The notes beneath the pieces were generated by a model that did no database searches, was not told where the DNA came from, and saw nothing but the letters and a program-made list of their open reading frames with translations. Source: Candidatus Bathyarchaeota archaeon (GTDB taxonomy: Archaea > Thermoproteota > Bathyarchaeia > Bathyarchaeales > Bathycorpusculaceae). Taken from it: a stretch of DNA of 64,000 bases. The position numbers and the translations under genes are program-made. Position 1 is the stretch's first letter; every line of letters begins with the position of its first letter. Shown here one piece after another: positions 33,081 to 44,901 of this stretch. The stretch spans positions 1 through 64,000 of the forward strand of contig CAVZPM010000037.1 of NCBI GenBank assembly GCA_963777155.1, written 5' to 3'.

Positions 33081-33240
33081 TTTATCCCACTTTCTACATA
33101 TCGTGTTACCTAAAAATAGTTTTGTTTTTTGTTGATCTGTTCACCAAAGATTTTTGGGCGTTTCGAAAAAATCATTGTCTCTTTTTTTGAATGGTTTGCT
33201 GGAAGCACCACAGCTTTTTCTGCTTTTCTTTGAGATTGAC

Positions 33241-33482
33241 CTAAAGTAGGTTATGGAATGATTTCCCGAGGAGAAGTAGGACTTATAGTGGCTGGAGCAG
33301 CAATCTCGGCTGAAGCTATCACGCAAAGCACATATGCCGCAATCTTAGGAATGATAATGATAACGACTCTTTTGGCACCGCTACTTCTAAGAAGAGCCTA
33401 CGATAAAGATCCCCCTGAAGAAGCAACATTAACAGAAGACGAAACAAACGCACCCGACTACCTACCAACCTACCCACTTTAA
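33241..33482 (+). pseudogene. Duplicated 3' fragment of the CPA2 antiporter
   Basis: Near-identical to 32365-32609; similarity continues past the stop codon. Confidence 0.88.
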
Positions 33483-33521
33483 ACTAAAGCTTCTATGAAA
33501 ATAGCCGTTTCGTTTCATTGG

Positions 33522-33707
33522 CTAAAGGTGCTCTATCCATTGCTTAAATTTATAGCCAAAAACTAACGACCCAATACTTGCGCTGATTAAGCCAGATATG
33601 ACATAAGGAATACCTAATGCGTTTTGCGCTAAACCACAAGCAGTGACCAAAAAACCCACTAACGCAAGTATTGCCCCAAACACCCAAGTTTCCAAGGCTG
33701 TTACCAA
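33522..33707 (-). CDS. Small 2-TM protein
   Basis: Hydrophobic 61 aa; its 3' end is also duplicated at ~32648-32700. Confidence 0.6.
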   Translation of the reverse strand: MVTALETWVFGAILALVGFLVTACGLAQNALGIPYVISGLISASIGSLVFGYKFKQWIEHL

Positions 33708-33913
33708 TTAATAATTGCCCTTAACTGTTTTAAATATTTCGGATATCCGCTGAATTAATACAGTCGTACAGCACTGAAATTAAAAACTACTAATCAAGCC
33801 TTTTCAATTTTTTTCAAAAATGTCTGCGAAAGAAATAACTATTTCTTGTCTAATTAATTGATTCACCTTTAATTGAAGGATATCTGAATGGGAAAAACTT
33901 GGAGGGAGACAGC

Positions 33914-34938
33914 ATGGCGGAATTACTGGTTACAGACTTCGTTATCAACATCATTATTATCGCTGTCTCTTTTGTTGTGTTGAATTGGGCAAGCAATCTT
34001 GCGATAAAAAATGCACTAAAAGTATCTACTGTAACTCAACTTGGAAAAACCGCTGTTGGGTTCAGTTTGATAGCCTTTTCAACCTCATTGCCAGAATTAA
34101 CGGTTGCATTTATAGCTGCTTTATCTGGTGGTGCAGCACTCTCAGTTGGGAACGTTTTAGGTTCAAACATTGTGAATATTACTGTAATAGTAGGGTTAGC
34201 GGCAATTCTTCTTTACATAAAATCACGTCGAAACCACAATGGGCTAAATGGTTCAGAAGAAGTATGCGTTATTCCAGCTTTTGCCAAATCGGAACTGAGC
34301 AATATTCATTTTGGGCTCTTCATTTCTTCTGTAATTCCAATGATTCTAATCTACATTAGAACTGCAACGTGGATTGTTGGTTTAGTTTTAATCTCTATTT
34401 TCGTTGTTTACATGTATCAACTTTCAAAAATAAGGATGCCCTCTGAAAATGGCGAAGTTACACAAGAAGAGAAAGATAAACTAAAACGCTATTTCCTCTT
34501 CACTCTTTTGGGTGCACTTGGAGTCGTCGTCAGTGCTTATTTCCTTGTTGAATCTGCCGTTGGTATTGCTCAAACTGTGGGGATACCTCAAACGGTGATT
34601 GGCGCAACCATAATTGCTTTTGGCACAAGCCTTCCAGAATTAACGATGGATTTGAAAGCGTTCCTTAGAGGTCACTCAGCACTTGCCTTTGGCGACATTA
34701 TCGGAAGCAGTTTCATAAACATAACCTTGATTTTAGGAGTGACTCTTTTCGTTCCAGCACTTGTCGGTTCGTCGTTCAAATGAATATGAGTGTTTTCCAG
34801 AACCTCATTATCTTCTCGATAATCACAAACCTGTTTTTCTGGTATTTCCTTTCAAGGGAGAAAATCAGTTGGCAAGAAGGTGCTGTTTTCCTCGCTATAT
34901 ACGGTCTATTCTTAGCGACAACTCTTGGGTTCGTCTAG
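33914..34938 (+). CDS. Sodium:calcium antiporter (CaCA/YrbG), frameshift ~34780
   Basis: Two alpha-repeats STSLPEL..GNVLGSN and GTSLPEL..GDIIGSS. Confidence 0.92.
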
Positions 34939-35083
34939 CTTCTACAGTATAAGAATCAGCGCTATTTTCTCAACAAAGTCTTTTCGTGTTTCCCCAAACT
35001 TCGGGAACAAAACTGGTAAGAGCCCAATGCCAAGCACGCTCATCCAAGATATTTTGAGGCATGTTCTCTAAGTAATTTAAATT

Positions 35084-35107
35084 TGTGGTAGCCGTATGCC
35101 AACAACA
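35084..35107 (+). promoter_or_regulatory. 24-bp regulon palindrome (cupin promoter)
   Basis: TGTGGTAGC cgtatg CCAACAACA aagcCTTAACTT. Confidence 0.55.
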
Positions 35108-35165
35108 AAGCCTTAACTTTGTGTTTTCTCGAACCAATAGTCAAGAAAATGAGGTGTTTTTTAGA

Positions 35166-35543
35166 ATGCGAGCTTCAAAAAACGAATTGACTAAGGCTAT
35201 GGATTCCGACGAGTTGGCTATGTATGAAGGAGTTTGGGGTGAAATGCATGTTGAATACGATGTTTTCAAAACAGCAATGGACATTACCCCTTACCTGAAG
35301 GGACTGCCAAATGACAGAGACCCTTGTCCACATTGGGGCATCGTTGTTAAGGGTCAGATAACGATTGTTTATGACGATAGAAAAGAGACTGCTAAAGCGG
35401 GAGACGCCTACTATTTTCCGCCCAGTCACACAGGTATGGCTGAAGCAGGTACAGAGGTCTGGGAATTCAGCCCCAATGACAAACTGCAGAAAACCATGGA
35501 AGTAATAAACCGCAATATGGAAGCAATGATGGCAAAGAAATAA
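35166..35543 (+). CDS. Cupin domain protein
   Basis: GAGGTG RBS; CPHWGIVVKG...GDAYYFPPSH. Confidence 0.85.
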   Translation: MRASKNELTKAMDSDELAMYEGVWGEMHVEYDVFKTAMDITPYLKGLPNDRDPCPHWGIVVKGQITIVYDDRKETAKAGDAYYFPPSHTGMAEAGTEVWEFSPNDKLQKTMEVINRNMEAMMAKK

Positions 35544-35633
35544 TGCAAGCCAAAATTTTTATCATTCAGTTGCTTTAGAAAGTCTTCGGATTTCATCTAA
35601 CCTGAAATTTTAGCTGACTATACAATAGAGAAT

Positions 35634-36149
35634 TTAGTGTCTGATTTTCTCCCATTTGGCAAATATTTCCTTCTTGGCGACTTCTTCTTGTGTCTGCTTT
35701 TTCTTGGAATGAATATCTAAACTAATCATGAATAGGAAAGGTGCTGACAAATAAAATCCTGCAACTATTGGGTTTTCAAGAAGGGTCGCTGCTCCTAATA
35801 CCTGTTCGATTCGAATTCCTGCAATGGTTTGAAGGATATCGGCCATGAAAAAGGCTATCAAAGTTAGTGTTAGAACAACGGCATATTGAATGAGTGTACT
35901 TCTTTGTTTTCCTAATATAGCTGAAGGTATGACTGATGATAAGACGAAAATCCATGTGAAGGCGTAAACAAAGACTATTGTTTGAATATTTGAATTCAGC
36001 CATGAACCAACGTTTGGAGAGATCAGGCTGATATTTGATGAAATTGACTTTGCTGCAGTGTCGGTGAAAAGCTGATAGGTGACAGTGAGAACCCATGATA
36101 CACCGAGATATATTGGGGCTAACAATGTAGCTCTCATCGTCAATGCCAA
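35634..36149 (-). CDS. 4-TM hypothetical membrane protein
   Basis: Hydrophobic helices. Confidence 0.7.
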   Translation of the reverse strand: MALTMRATLLAPIYLGVSWVLTVTYQLFTDTAAKSISSNISLISPNVGSWLNSNIQTIVFVYAFTWIFVLSSVIPSAILGKQRSTLIQYAVVLTLTLIAFFMADILQTIAGIRIEQVLGAATLLENPIVAGFYLSAPFLFMISLDIHSKKKQTQEEVAKKEIFAKWEKIRH

Positions 36150-36316
36150 GATTTAATATATTGTACAACCCCAATAAATATTTTGTGCACAAAACTTTTG
36201 TAATGTTGAAAGCAAGGAGAACGCTACCAAATGGCTACAAAAACGCCATCAAACGATGCTTCAAAAAACGCAAAAAAATTAAAAAACAGTAGATAAAAAA
36301 AATGGCTCGATTTCAA

Positions 36317-36619
36317 CTATTCTTCTACACATTCCGAAATTTCTGGATTCCGGGTTAGTTCATCAAGAGATTTATTTAACAGTATATTGTCTCCGAATTG
36401 AGAAATTAGTGAGATAGGCAAGCATACAGTTGAACTTCTGAATCTCTTTTTGAATCCAAGGTCCTCAGATGCTGGTTTTGAAAGCTTGATACGTAAATGA
36501 GTAACCTGCCAATTGATTGTGTTTATTTCTATTCCATTAACATTGCCGAGGTCAAAACCACCTGCACAAATAACAAACATACCAGAAAGTTTATCAAAGT
36601 TCACCAAAAATACCGCCAT
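36317..36619 (-). CDS. PRC-barrel domain protein, copy 2
   Basis: Near-identical to 18937..19236. Confidence 0.85.
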   Translation of the reverse strand: MAVFLVNFDKLSGMFVICAGGFDLGNVNGIEINTINWQVTHLRIKLSKPASEDLGFKKRFRSSTVCLPISLISQFGDNILLNKSLDELTRNPEISECVEE

Positions 36620-36745
36620 TCTAAAATAAACAAAATCAGAGATTTAATTCTTTCTATGATTCACATATTGCCGGTTAAAAATTTTCCATCTTTCTTTTCT
36701 GTTAGCTGAACACTCTTTCTTTCTCTTAATTTCTACCGCTAATTC

Positions 36746-36928
36746 CTACTACTCTCTCTAAGACAGACAATAAGCGAATGGATCAAGTCTTAAAAGCTAA
36801 ATCCTCAAATAAAGAATCTGTTGGAACATTAGCAAAATGGCTAATAACGGCAATTAGCACGGACTTCTTAAAACTAAAAAAAGGGAAAGATAGTTTTGTT
36901 TGCTTCTTAATTTATGGTTTTTTTCTGA
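36746..36928. repeat. Conserved 3' tail class A, second copy
   Basis: Matches 28033-28215. Confidence 0.9.
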
Positions 36929-39478
36929 GTATAAGCAACCCGACTATAGCTATTGCGACTATAATTGCAATGGTGCTGGCAGCGAAGTACATTTCAGTTG
37001 GAGGCAAAGATGTCACTGGATATGGAGATGCTGTTGGTGCTGGTTCTGTGGCAGTAAATGAGGTTTCAGCTGATGCTGCATAGTACGACTCAGAACCTGC
37101 AAAACTCGCAATCACTGTGTAATCGCCTGTTATATCCGGTGTCCAAGTAAGAGTGAACATGCCGCTGGCATCGCTTGTGGTGGTGCCTATATTGCGGTAA
37201 TTGCCGTTGGAGTCAATGACGTCGATTGAAACTGGAACACCGGTTGTGTTGTTGGGGCGTGGCTGCTGCATGTAAACGTACTCCATAAAGGTCTGTTGGC
37301 TTGCTTCAGAGACACATGGAAGACCATTATGGAAACGCGCGGCTGAAACTTCTTGCGATGCACCTGCTGAAATGTCCATAACTGTACCTCTAATAGTGAT
37401 TGGTGTCAAAGTGGTTACGCCAACGTCAGGGGCAGTAACGGTCATAGTGGTTGGGCCTTTGCCCCATGCATATAGCTGGTTGTCATAAGCGTTTAGTGTT
37501 ACTGCGATGCCGTCTGAGATTGCGGGTGCGCTAGTAACGTCGAAAGCAGTTATGCTCCACACTACTGAGCCATCAGTGATATTGAGTGCCATTTGTTGTG
37601 CGTGGTGGAATAATGGTGGACTGTACATGTGACCCACTGGCAGAAATAGCTTGCCGTCTGCAACCGTTCCAACGCTAAAAGTCCAAAATGGCCAAGTGCC
37701 ATAAGGAGACTCATAACCGCTTGAGGGTGCATGGTATTCCCAGTTAAAAGTGCCAGTTGCAAAGTCAATAGAGTAAGCATCGCCTCCATAAGTCCAAACG
37801 AAGAGTGTATCGTTAGCGGGACAGTACCGCATGCCAAGAGAACTGAATGGATTAACGTTTGGCAGTGGTTTTGGTCCCCATATCTTGTTTCCTGTGGTAA
37901 GACTGTAGCCAGAAGCTGTTAAAGTGGATGAATCAAGCTCTACCCAAACGCCATTACCCATAGTCTCAGCGCTAAGAGAAGCCTTGAATCTTCAACTTCG
38001 GTGTGATTAACTGGTCCCCAAAGTAAATGTCCGTCGACTGCACTGTAGCCTGCTGCAATGATCCAGCCTAGCTGGAAGACGCCAGATCCACCGCTTTGAT
38101 ATGTCATAAGTGCCACATCGTCGGAAACTCCGGTAAGGCTCAGAGATATAGGTTCGCCATTAATGGTGGTATTTATTGGCGCTGACCATTCTATGCCGTT
38201 ATTGAATGCTAGTACTCCGTTTTGTGGTGGAGACCATTGCCAACCGTTCGGATCGCCGGTGCCGCTTGTGCCCCGCATGATTGTTCTAGTAGAGTTCCAC
38301 ACAGTAAGCGAAGTTCGACCTTGACTGCTATTTGTATAGTAGCCTATCAAACCGCCGTGTTCATCCTGAAGAATCTTTGTCAAACCAGTACCATTGACAA
38401 TGCTAAGGATGTACTTGCCCGTCATAGCGTCATACATGCTATAGGTCGTTCCGGTCGAAGTAACTCCAGAAACAGATCCAGTTGCCCACAGGTATGCTCT
38501 AGCTCCGTATTCATTAGGTGATAAATAATTCATTATTTGGCCGCATTTTAGAATTGTTGTGTAATCTTGGGTCCAAATTGTTTCACCAGTGTGCAAGTTT
38601 ACTGCAGACCAGCCTGCTGGATTAGCAGTAGAACCCGGATACATAGTATAGTAGAGTACATCGTTGATGATTATTGGGGCGAACTTTGGTTGATACTGTG
38701 AAGTTGACCAGTAATTGCTTTGTTGAGAATTGCCGACTTCTCCTCCCACTGTACCGCCGAAAGCTACAGGCTTAGTCCACATAATATGAGCACTGTTTGG
38801 CGCAGTAGTATAGGGCGCATAGTCTCCGTGAGAATCATATTGTCCAGTGTTTGCAAATGTTGACACTCCAAGACCAAGCCAGTTGCCGCCTATGGCGTAC
38901 CATAAATCATTGTTCTGAGCATAGATGGGACGAGTCCAATATTCGGTTGGAAGCTGAATGACAGGTGCATAGCTTATTGGTTCCTGCTGTACTGGCAAGG
39001 TGAATACATTGCTTTTGCTAGGTTCAAAGTAATCGCCGACAAATGGGTTAGTTGATGGTAATCCGTTAGGTGTATTTATCCCTAATAATGTGTTTCCGCC
39101 AAAGACCATCTGGAAAGTGTAATTGCCAACTACTGTAGGGGTGTAGACAGTGTGTGACCCTCCTGTGTCATCGGATGTGAATGGTCCTAATGTTTCAGTC
39201 GTTCCGTCTGGATGTGTGACTACTACAGTCATGTTTGACCATCTGTCCCCAGTGGCCATGGCAGCTGTTGGTGGGGGTGCATTAAGCCAAAGGTTGACGT
39301 TAACCTGTTGCCCAACCCCAATAGGGGAAGGAGCAATATTGATGAAACTGTATGTCGGAATTGACCATGCTGGAGTGTGAGCGCTAGCACTTTGCAATAG
39401 TGTTATTGAAGCTCCCATTGAAATTGTTAAGATTGCAGCTATCATAATAGCCATTGATTTATTTTTTAGATTTAGCAT
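36912..39478 (-). CDS. PQQ-like beta-propeller surface protein, paralogue 3 (frameshift ~37970)
   Basis: ORFs 37940..39499 and 36912..37961; GHMYSPPLF, TM+RKKP. Confidence 0.87.
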
Positions 39479-39763
39479 TTTATTTTTCTTTCCTTTCAAT
39501 TTTATTTGCGTTGAGAAGAAGCATCATTAACGCCTTCTCTCAACTTACCTAGGTATATCTTCAGTTTAAGGTTAAATGCTTTGGTACCGTTCTTCTGGCA
39601 GTAAAAACAAAATATGACCTTTGCAATGAAAAAATAAATTTCAATGATTCATGTTATTTAAATTCAGACACAATAGGAAAAGATAAGTGCTTTAATGGAA
39701 TTTTCCTGCGTACTATTATGATATAAGTTTAGGCTTGGAAGTCTCGGAGACCAGTCTTTTTCT

Positions 39764-39880
39764 TCATTTCTGAGATACTTTGAAGAAAAAAGAGTTTGGG
39801 ACTAGAAATATTGAAGTTCCAACTGAAACTAGTAGAATTGCTGCAAACAAAATAGTCAAAGTTTTTTTCATCTTTTCCAT
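39764..39880 (-). pseudogene. 5' remnant (signal peptide only) of another beta-propeller paralogue
   Basis: MEKMKKTLTILFAAILLVSVGTSIFLVP resembles MQKIKNKTLTILIAAILTIS. Confidence 0.5.
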
Positions 39881-40024
39881 TCTTTGTACATGTCGTTTAA
39901 GGCAGGGTTCTCTAGGTAACTGTGAAAATGAACCACAGCAACTGCAACGTCAACGTCCTGATAAAGCAAATCACTGGGCTATTACGCCTTGTGAGAACTT
40001 GATAGAAAACCTTGAAATACTGAA

Positions 40025-40562
40025 TATGATAGAGCAGCCAATCAGTCAAAATTACGAGGCTAACAGTTGCTTGTCTAATAATTTTCTATGGGTTTGGGGG
40101 TTAAATTTTAATCCACCACCACCCCGATTACGTTGTGCATTCAGATTCTTAACAGATTTTATATTCCAAATAGCGAGTGCTTACTGTAGAGCGAGTCTGT
40201 TGATTAATACACAAAGACTATTTTCAGCAACTTTAACTATCAAATTAGCTGTTGTTCTGCTCATAGAACAAATTATAGACCTGGTTAGCACTCAAATCAA
40301 TTTGAGTTTTGGAAGTTACGAAGGAAACCCCATATTGGCAGCACAATTTAATCAAACACATTCAGTTGTTCAGTTTTCGTTGATTGGAAAATTTGTTTTG
40401 CCTTTGCTGCTTTTTCCAATGATATACTTTGTTTTTGTCAACAAAAACAGTGCTCCCAAATTTGATGAATTTGTCAGCAGATTTCTAACAGCATCTATTT
40501 TTGCTATGGTAATTTTTTATGTAATCGTTATAAGTTGGAATATTTTCTTGATTAAATTCTAA
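40025..40562 (+). CDS. Hypothetical membrane protein (start uncertain)
   Basis: Hydrophobic C-terminal half with EGNP motif; stop codon lies inside the 15-bp site. Confidence 0.4.
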
Positions 40563-40564
40563 TC
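40550..40564. repeat. Third exact copy of GATTAAATTCTAATC
   Basis: Right flank caaccaacc, like caatcaacc at 26109. Confidence 0.8.
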
Positions 40565-40679
40565 CAACCAACCAATTTTTTACTTCATTAGCAGTTTGAG
40601 TTGGGGATTAATTATTAGTCCAAAAAAGAAAAGGAGATAAACTGTCGCTCAAGGACTATGGCGTTTGTTAAAGACTTTT

Positions 40680-40943
40680 TCAAAGAAGCTCTACTGCTTC
40701 TTGCCTCGGTATAGCTACAAGCGTTTCTGTGGATACGAACTCCGCCACACCTAAGGAGAATTTTAACGCTTCCTTTTCGTTTGCTGCTTCAAATACAACA
40801 ACTGTATCATAGCGTCCAAGTGTCCAATACCAGTTCAGAATGTTTATTCCCTTCTTCTTAAACTCCGCTACTTTTTCGGTGGCGTTACCAGCCGTTGTTT
40901 TGTCAGGCTTACTCCGCATTTTTCCTAGACTTACAAATATCAA
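40680..40943 (-). CDS. GYD domain protein
   Basis: YWTLGRYDTVVVFEA...TETLVA. Confidence 0.9.
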   Translation of the reverse strand: MIFVSLGKMRSKPDKTTAGNATEKVAEFKKKGINILNWYWTLGRYDTVVVFEAANEKEALKFSLGVAEFVSTETLVAIPRQEAVELL

Positions 40944-40960
40944 TAATTTTCACCTCAATT

Positions 40961-41308
40961 TCATTTCGGGTTTGTTTTAGTCGTGAACCAATAGAAAACT
41001 GCAGGTTCGTTTCCGATGGTCCAGCCATCATGCCCTGGCGGAATATCGACCACGTCGTCTGGGCCGAAATCCATTTCTTGACCATCGTCCGCTCTCACAC
41101 GCAACCTACCTGAAACTAACACCCCGAAATGATGCACTTGACACGAATCTGTTTTAGCGATAGGTTTAATATCTTTTGACCATTGCCAACCAGGTTGATA
41201 AGTCTGCTTTAAAACAGTCATATCGCCAATTGTGATGTTCTCTGTCCTTACGTTAGGAGGTGTCTGAGTCGCATCAGGATTCTGAAAATTCTTTTTTTGT
41301 AGAACCAA
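40961..41308 (-). CDS. Cupin domain protein
   Basis: PGWQWS...CQVHHFG...IPPGHDGW. Confidence 0.9.
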   Translation of the reverse strand: MVLQKKNFQNPDATQTPPNVRTENITIGDMTVLKQTYQPGWQWSKDIKPIAKTDSCQVHHFGVLVSGRLRVRADDGQEMDFGPDDVVDIPPGHDGWTIGNEPAVFYWFTTKTNPK

Positions 41309-41354
41309 CTTTTTTCACCGACAGTTCTTATGGTTCTTTACGGTATTAAGGAAG

Positions 41355-41378
41355 AGTGGTTGTAAGATTACAGTCACA
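41355..41378 (-). promoter_or_regulatory. 24-bp regulon palindrome (cupin-GYD promoter)
   Basis: Minus strand TGTGACTGT aatctt ACAACCACT cttcCTTAATA. Confidence 0.7.
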
Positions 41379-41402
41379 AGAAGCACGTGCTTCAGAAACT
41401 TT

Positions 41403-41457
41403 AGTCAAGAAATCTTGACTTGATTTAGTCAAGAGATTTGTACGAGAAGTCTTTTAT
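41403..41457 (+). promoter_or_regulatory. CTTGACT-N6-AGTCAAG operator plus BRE/TATA
   Basis: Perfect 7-bp arms, an extra half-site, shared with 19454-19497. Confidence 0.65.
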
Positions 41458-41492
41458 CGCCAAAAAAACTGATGGCTAGATTGGCGAACGAA

Positions 41493-43578
41493 ATGCCTAA
41501 CTTATCGAAATTATCAAATAACAAAATTACTCTGAAAAGGGACAGCTTTCTTGTTTGTTTTAGTTTCCACTTTGCTTCTATCAATTGCATTGGGTCTTAG
41601 CCCCAGTAGTGTACAAGGTCAATCTGAGCGTTTTAAAATATCAGGTTATGTCTTAGATTCAAACGGCCTTGGAATTGCAAAGGCAGACGTCATCTTTAAT
41701 GTCCCCTCGATTGTTCCAGGTGTTTATACAGATAATTCTGGTTACTACGAAACTTATGGTCCTTCAGGCACATACCACATTAACGTTTGGCCACCCTACG
41801 ATTCAAACTACATTAACTATGACGAGGCAGGATTTACAGTTGTTTCCGATGTCACAAAGAATATGACCTTGCAGACAGCCTTCAAAATCTCAGGTTACGT
41901 CATTGATTCCACGGGAACGCCGATGGTGGGAGCGGCGGTTTTGTTTAAAACCAGCAGTGGAGTTTATGGTTCAGGATATTTCACTAAAAGCTCAGGATAT
42001 TACTTCATAAATGTAGCTGCTGGAACATATACAATAGACGCTCACCCTCAAACTGCTTTCAACCCCAGCTATACAGGACAATGTACTCCTTTTCCAACCT
42101 ACTATGAATACAACTTTGCAGTTGACGGAAACATGAACAAGAACATCACAGTAGGCGGCACCATACCGACTGCAACCCCTACACCAACAATCCCGCCTTC
42201 AAATGAAGCCAACCCTGATGATTGGTCAATGTATCGCCATGACGTTCAGCGGACAGGATCAACAACCTCCACAGCTTCTAACGGCAATTTACTTTGGCAA
42301 TTCAATACTGGCGACAAAATCCGTTCCTCCCCTGCCATAGTTAATGGTGTTGTGTATGAAGGCTCAAACAACGGCATAGTCTACGCTTTAAATGCCGCTA
42401 CCGGCTCGGTAATCTGGCAATATGATAGCGGCAGTCAAGTAGAGTCCTCAGCCGCCGTGGTTAATGGCGTTGTTTACGTTGGCATCTTGTGGGATGGTCA
42501 CAATGGGTACGTTGTTGCCTTGAATGCCGACACTGGGTCATTGATTTGGCGATTTTCAACAAACAGTGGAATTGAGTCTTCTCCAACAGTGGTTAACGGT
42601 GTCGTTTACATCGGTTCGTATTATGGATACATCTACGCTTTGAACGCAGCCAATGGCGCTCTAATATGGTCATATTTTACGGGTAGCTCCACCTTTTCTT
42701 CGCCCTCCATAGTTAACGGAGTACTCTACCAAGGTGCAGATAACGGTAACGTCTACGCCTTAAATGCAACCAATGGAGCATTAATATGGTCATTTCAAAC
42801 TGGATCCCAAGTCTATTCTACCCCTGCCGTTGTCGATAACGTCGTTTATGTTTGCTCTGACTCTGGCACCGTTTACGCTTTGAAGGCAAGTGATGGCTCA
42901 AAAATTTGGCAAGCTCCTATCGGCAGCGGCACCGACCATGCTGATGATTCTCCAGCAGTCGCAAACGGCATAGTCTACATTGGTGCACGCAACGGCTACT
43001 ACGCTTTAAACGCCACGGATGGCTCACAAATTTGGTTTTTCACATCGCCTTATTCGCAACGCCAACTTCAAGGCTACGTGTATTCATCCCCAGCAGTTTC
43101 GGGCAATGTGGTTTACTTTGGGTCATCTGACAGCTATGTATTCGCTTTAGACGCCTTTAACGGCTCAATGATCTGGTCATATCGTACAGGGGGCTTTCTG
43201 TTTTCATCGCCCGCAGTCGCAAACGGTGTACTCTACATAGGCTCATATGACGGCAACATCTATGCATTGGGTACTCCAACAAATTCACCAGCACCCATCT
43301 CTCAACCAACCCCAGCACCCACAACAACGCCTACTCCTGCACCGACAACTGATCCAACTCCCTCACCCACTCCTCAGCCAACAGTAAATCCAACTCCTAC
43401 CCCAACAACAAACCAAGTGCCAGCTCTATTAATCGAAACTCAACCAACTGCAATGCCTAACCTTAGCGTTGAATCGAACAGAAACGAACCAGGTAACTTG
43501 TTTATATTGGGAGGCTTCATCGCGATAACAGCAATCGCCTTGACATCATTATACGCAACTTACAAAAAAAGCGACTAA
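41493..43578 (+). CDS. Surface protein: two carboxypeptidase-regulatory-like domains plus BamB/PQQ-type beta-propeller, PT linker, TM
   Basis: ISGYV.D repeats; ~8 SSP.V.NGVVY.GS....YALNA..G..IW repeats; probable true start 41493 with frameshift before 41551. Confidence 0.88.
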
Positions 43579-43799
43579 ACCACACTTGATTAACTGAGGT
43601 CCTTCACTGATTTAACAACGAGGAATTTATCGTCATCCTGGATGATTTTGACTACCTTCCAAAACGGCGAAGCCCTGAACAATTTGCCTAATCAAATTAT
43701 TTCACCATAAAATTGTAAAATACTCTACTTTTTCTACCCAGTTGTTTTTTCCCACAAAGCACTTATCTGAACAATTGGGAATACCATTACGGATGGAAG

Positions 43800-44405
43800 A
43801 TGACTGAGAACGGAGAATACTCGATCCACAACGATTACGACAAAATAATCGGAGCAATCAACGAACTCAGGGAAATAGACGACGAGACAGCGAAAAAAAT
43901 TAAAGGGTTTGTCTTGAAAATCAAAGCTATCGACAACAGACTCAAGCCCACAATGAAGAAGCAAACGTTTGGCCAAAATGAACGAGAACTTTGGAAAACA
44001 TACCAAAACCTCCAAGGAGAAAAACTGATCATCCTCGATCTATCCCACGAATGGGATTACATCGCAGAAACCTCACCCGGACTAACAAAGGAAGTCAGAG
44101 TCTTATTTCGCGATGCAATTGAAGAACTGGAAGATCATGTAGCCATAATTGTAGAAACACTTAAAGCACATATTGATATACTCGAAATAAAAAACAGCCG
44201 CCAATTTGGTCTTCTGGCGCTGGTCGTTTCAATTATTATCTCGTATGCTGCAGTCTGGGAGTACTTTGTGCGAGATATAATTGCTGGAGTAGAGTTTCCT
44301 TTTGGCTTAAGTCCAGACCTTAATTTTGCACTATCGATCATTGCGTTGGTTCCTATTTTCGTCATAGTGATCTGGGGATGGCGCCACCGACTAGTAGGAG
44401 ACTAA
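43800..44405 (+). CDS. Helical protein with two C-terminal TM helices
   Basis: 201-aa ORF. Confidence 0.65.
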   Translation: MTENGEYSIHNDYDKIIGAINELREIDDETAKKIKGFVLKIKAIDNRLKPTMKKQTFGQNERELWKTYQNLQGEKLIILDLSHEWDYIAETSPGLTKEVRVLFRDAIEELEDHVAIIVETLKAHIDILEIKNSRQFGLLALVVSIIISYAAVWEYFVRDIIAGVEFPFGLSPDLNFALSIIALVPIFVIVIWGWRHRLVGD

Positions 44406-44901
44406 TAAAACTGCAGCGCGCCTTCTGAATAGGGAAGCAGCTCAAAACATTGGCAAAAATGAAAAGGAAGTATCACCAACCGTACTTTGACCATAATTTA
44501 GCGACAAAGCGGCGAGCTGCTTAATCCAAAACCTTTTAACGCTTCACTTCCAACGAGGATGAATTAAAGGGACAAGAAATGAGCAAACTAGATTTAGTTT
44601 CAAAAAAGAAGAGGCAAATGTTGGAATAATTGCAGTTGCTTGAAGCGTAATAATTGTTGGCGCAGCTTCATCTTGTTGCTTAAGTAGCGCAAGTGAATAC
44701 CCGACTCTGTCAAGTATGGCTGGCAGTGATTCAAACGCATCAACAGGAGCCGCAATAACCTGTATGAGGATGGCTCAGCACTATTTGGCACACATGATGG
44801 CATATGGCACATAGTCAACGCAACAGCTTCGAAGTGCTCATATATTGGGCGTAGCAGGCTTCCGTCCAATAGCTTTGAGATCAGAATTACGAATAACGGT
44901 T

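Noticed and set aside
36778-37083. ORF track calls antisense to real genes or across repeat tails (e.g. 36778..37083, 24272..24700, 24795..24980, 31793..32143, 54006..55259)
   Set aside because: Shadow ORFs opposite well-supported genes.
22511-40564. 15-bp repeats as a CRISPR array
   Set aside because: Repeats are too short and are spaced by 0.5-14 kb; no regular spacers or cas operon.
43281-43410. Pro/Thr codon repeats (also 13975-14125)
   Set aside because: Ordinary PT-rich linkers of surface proteins.
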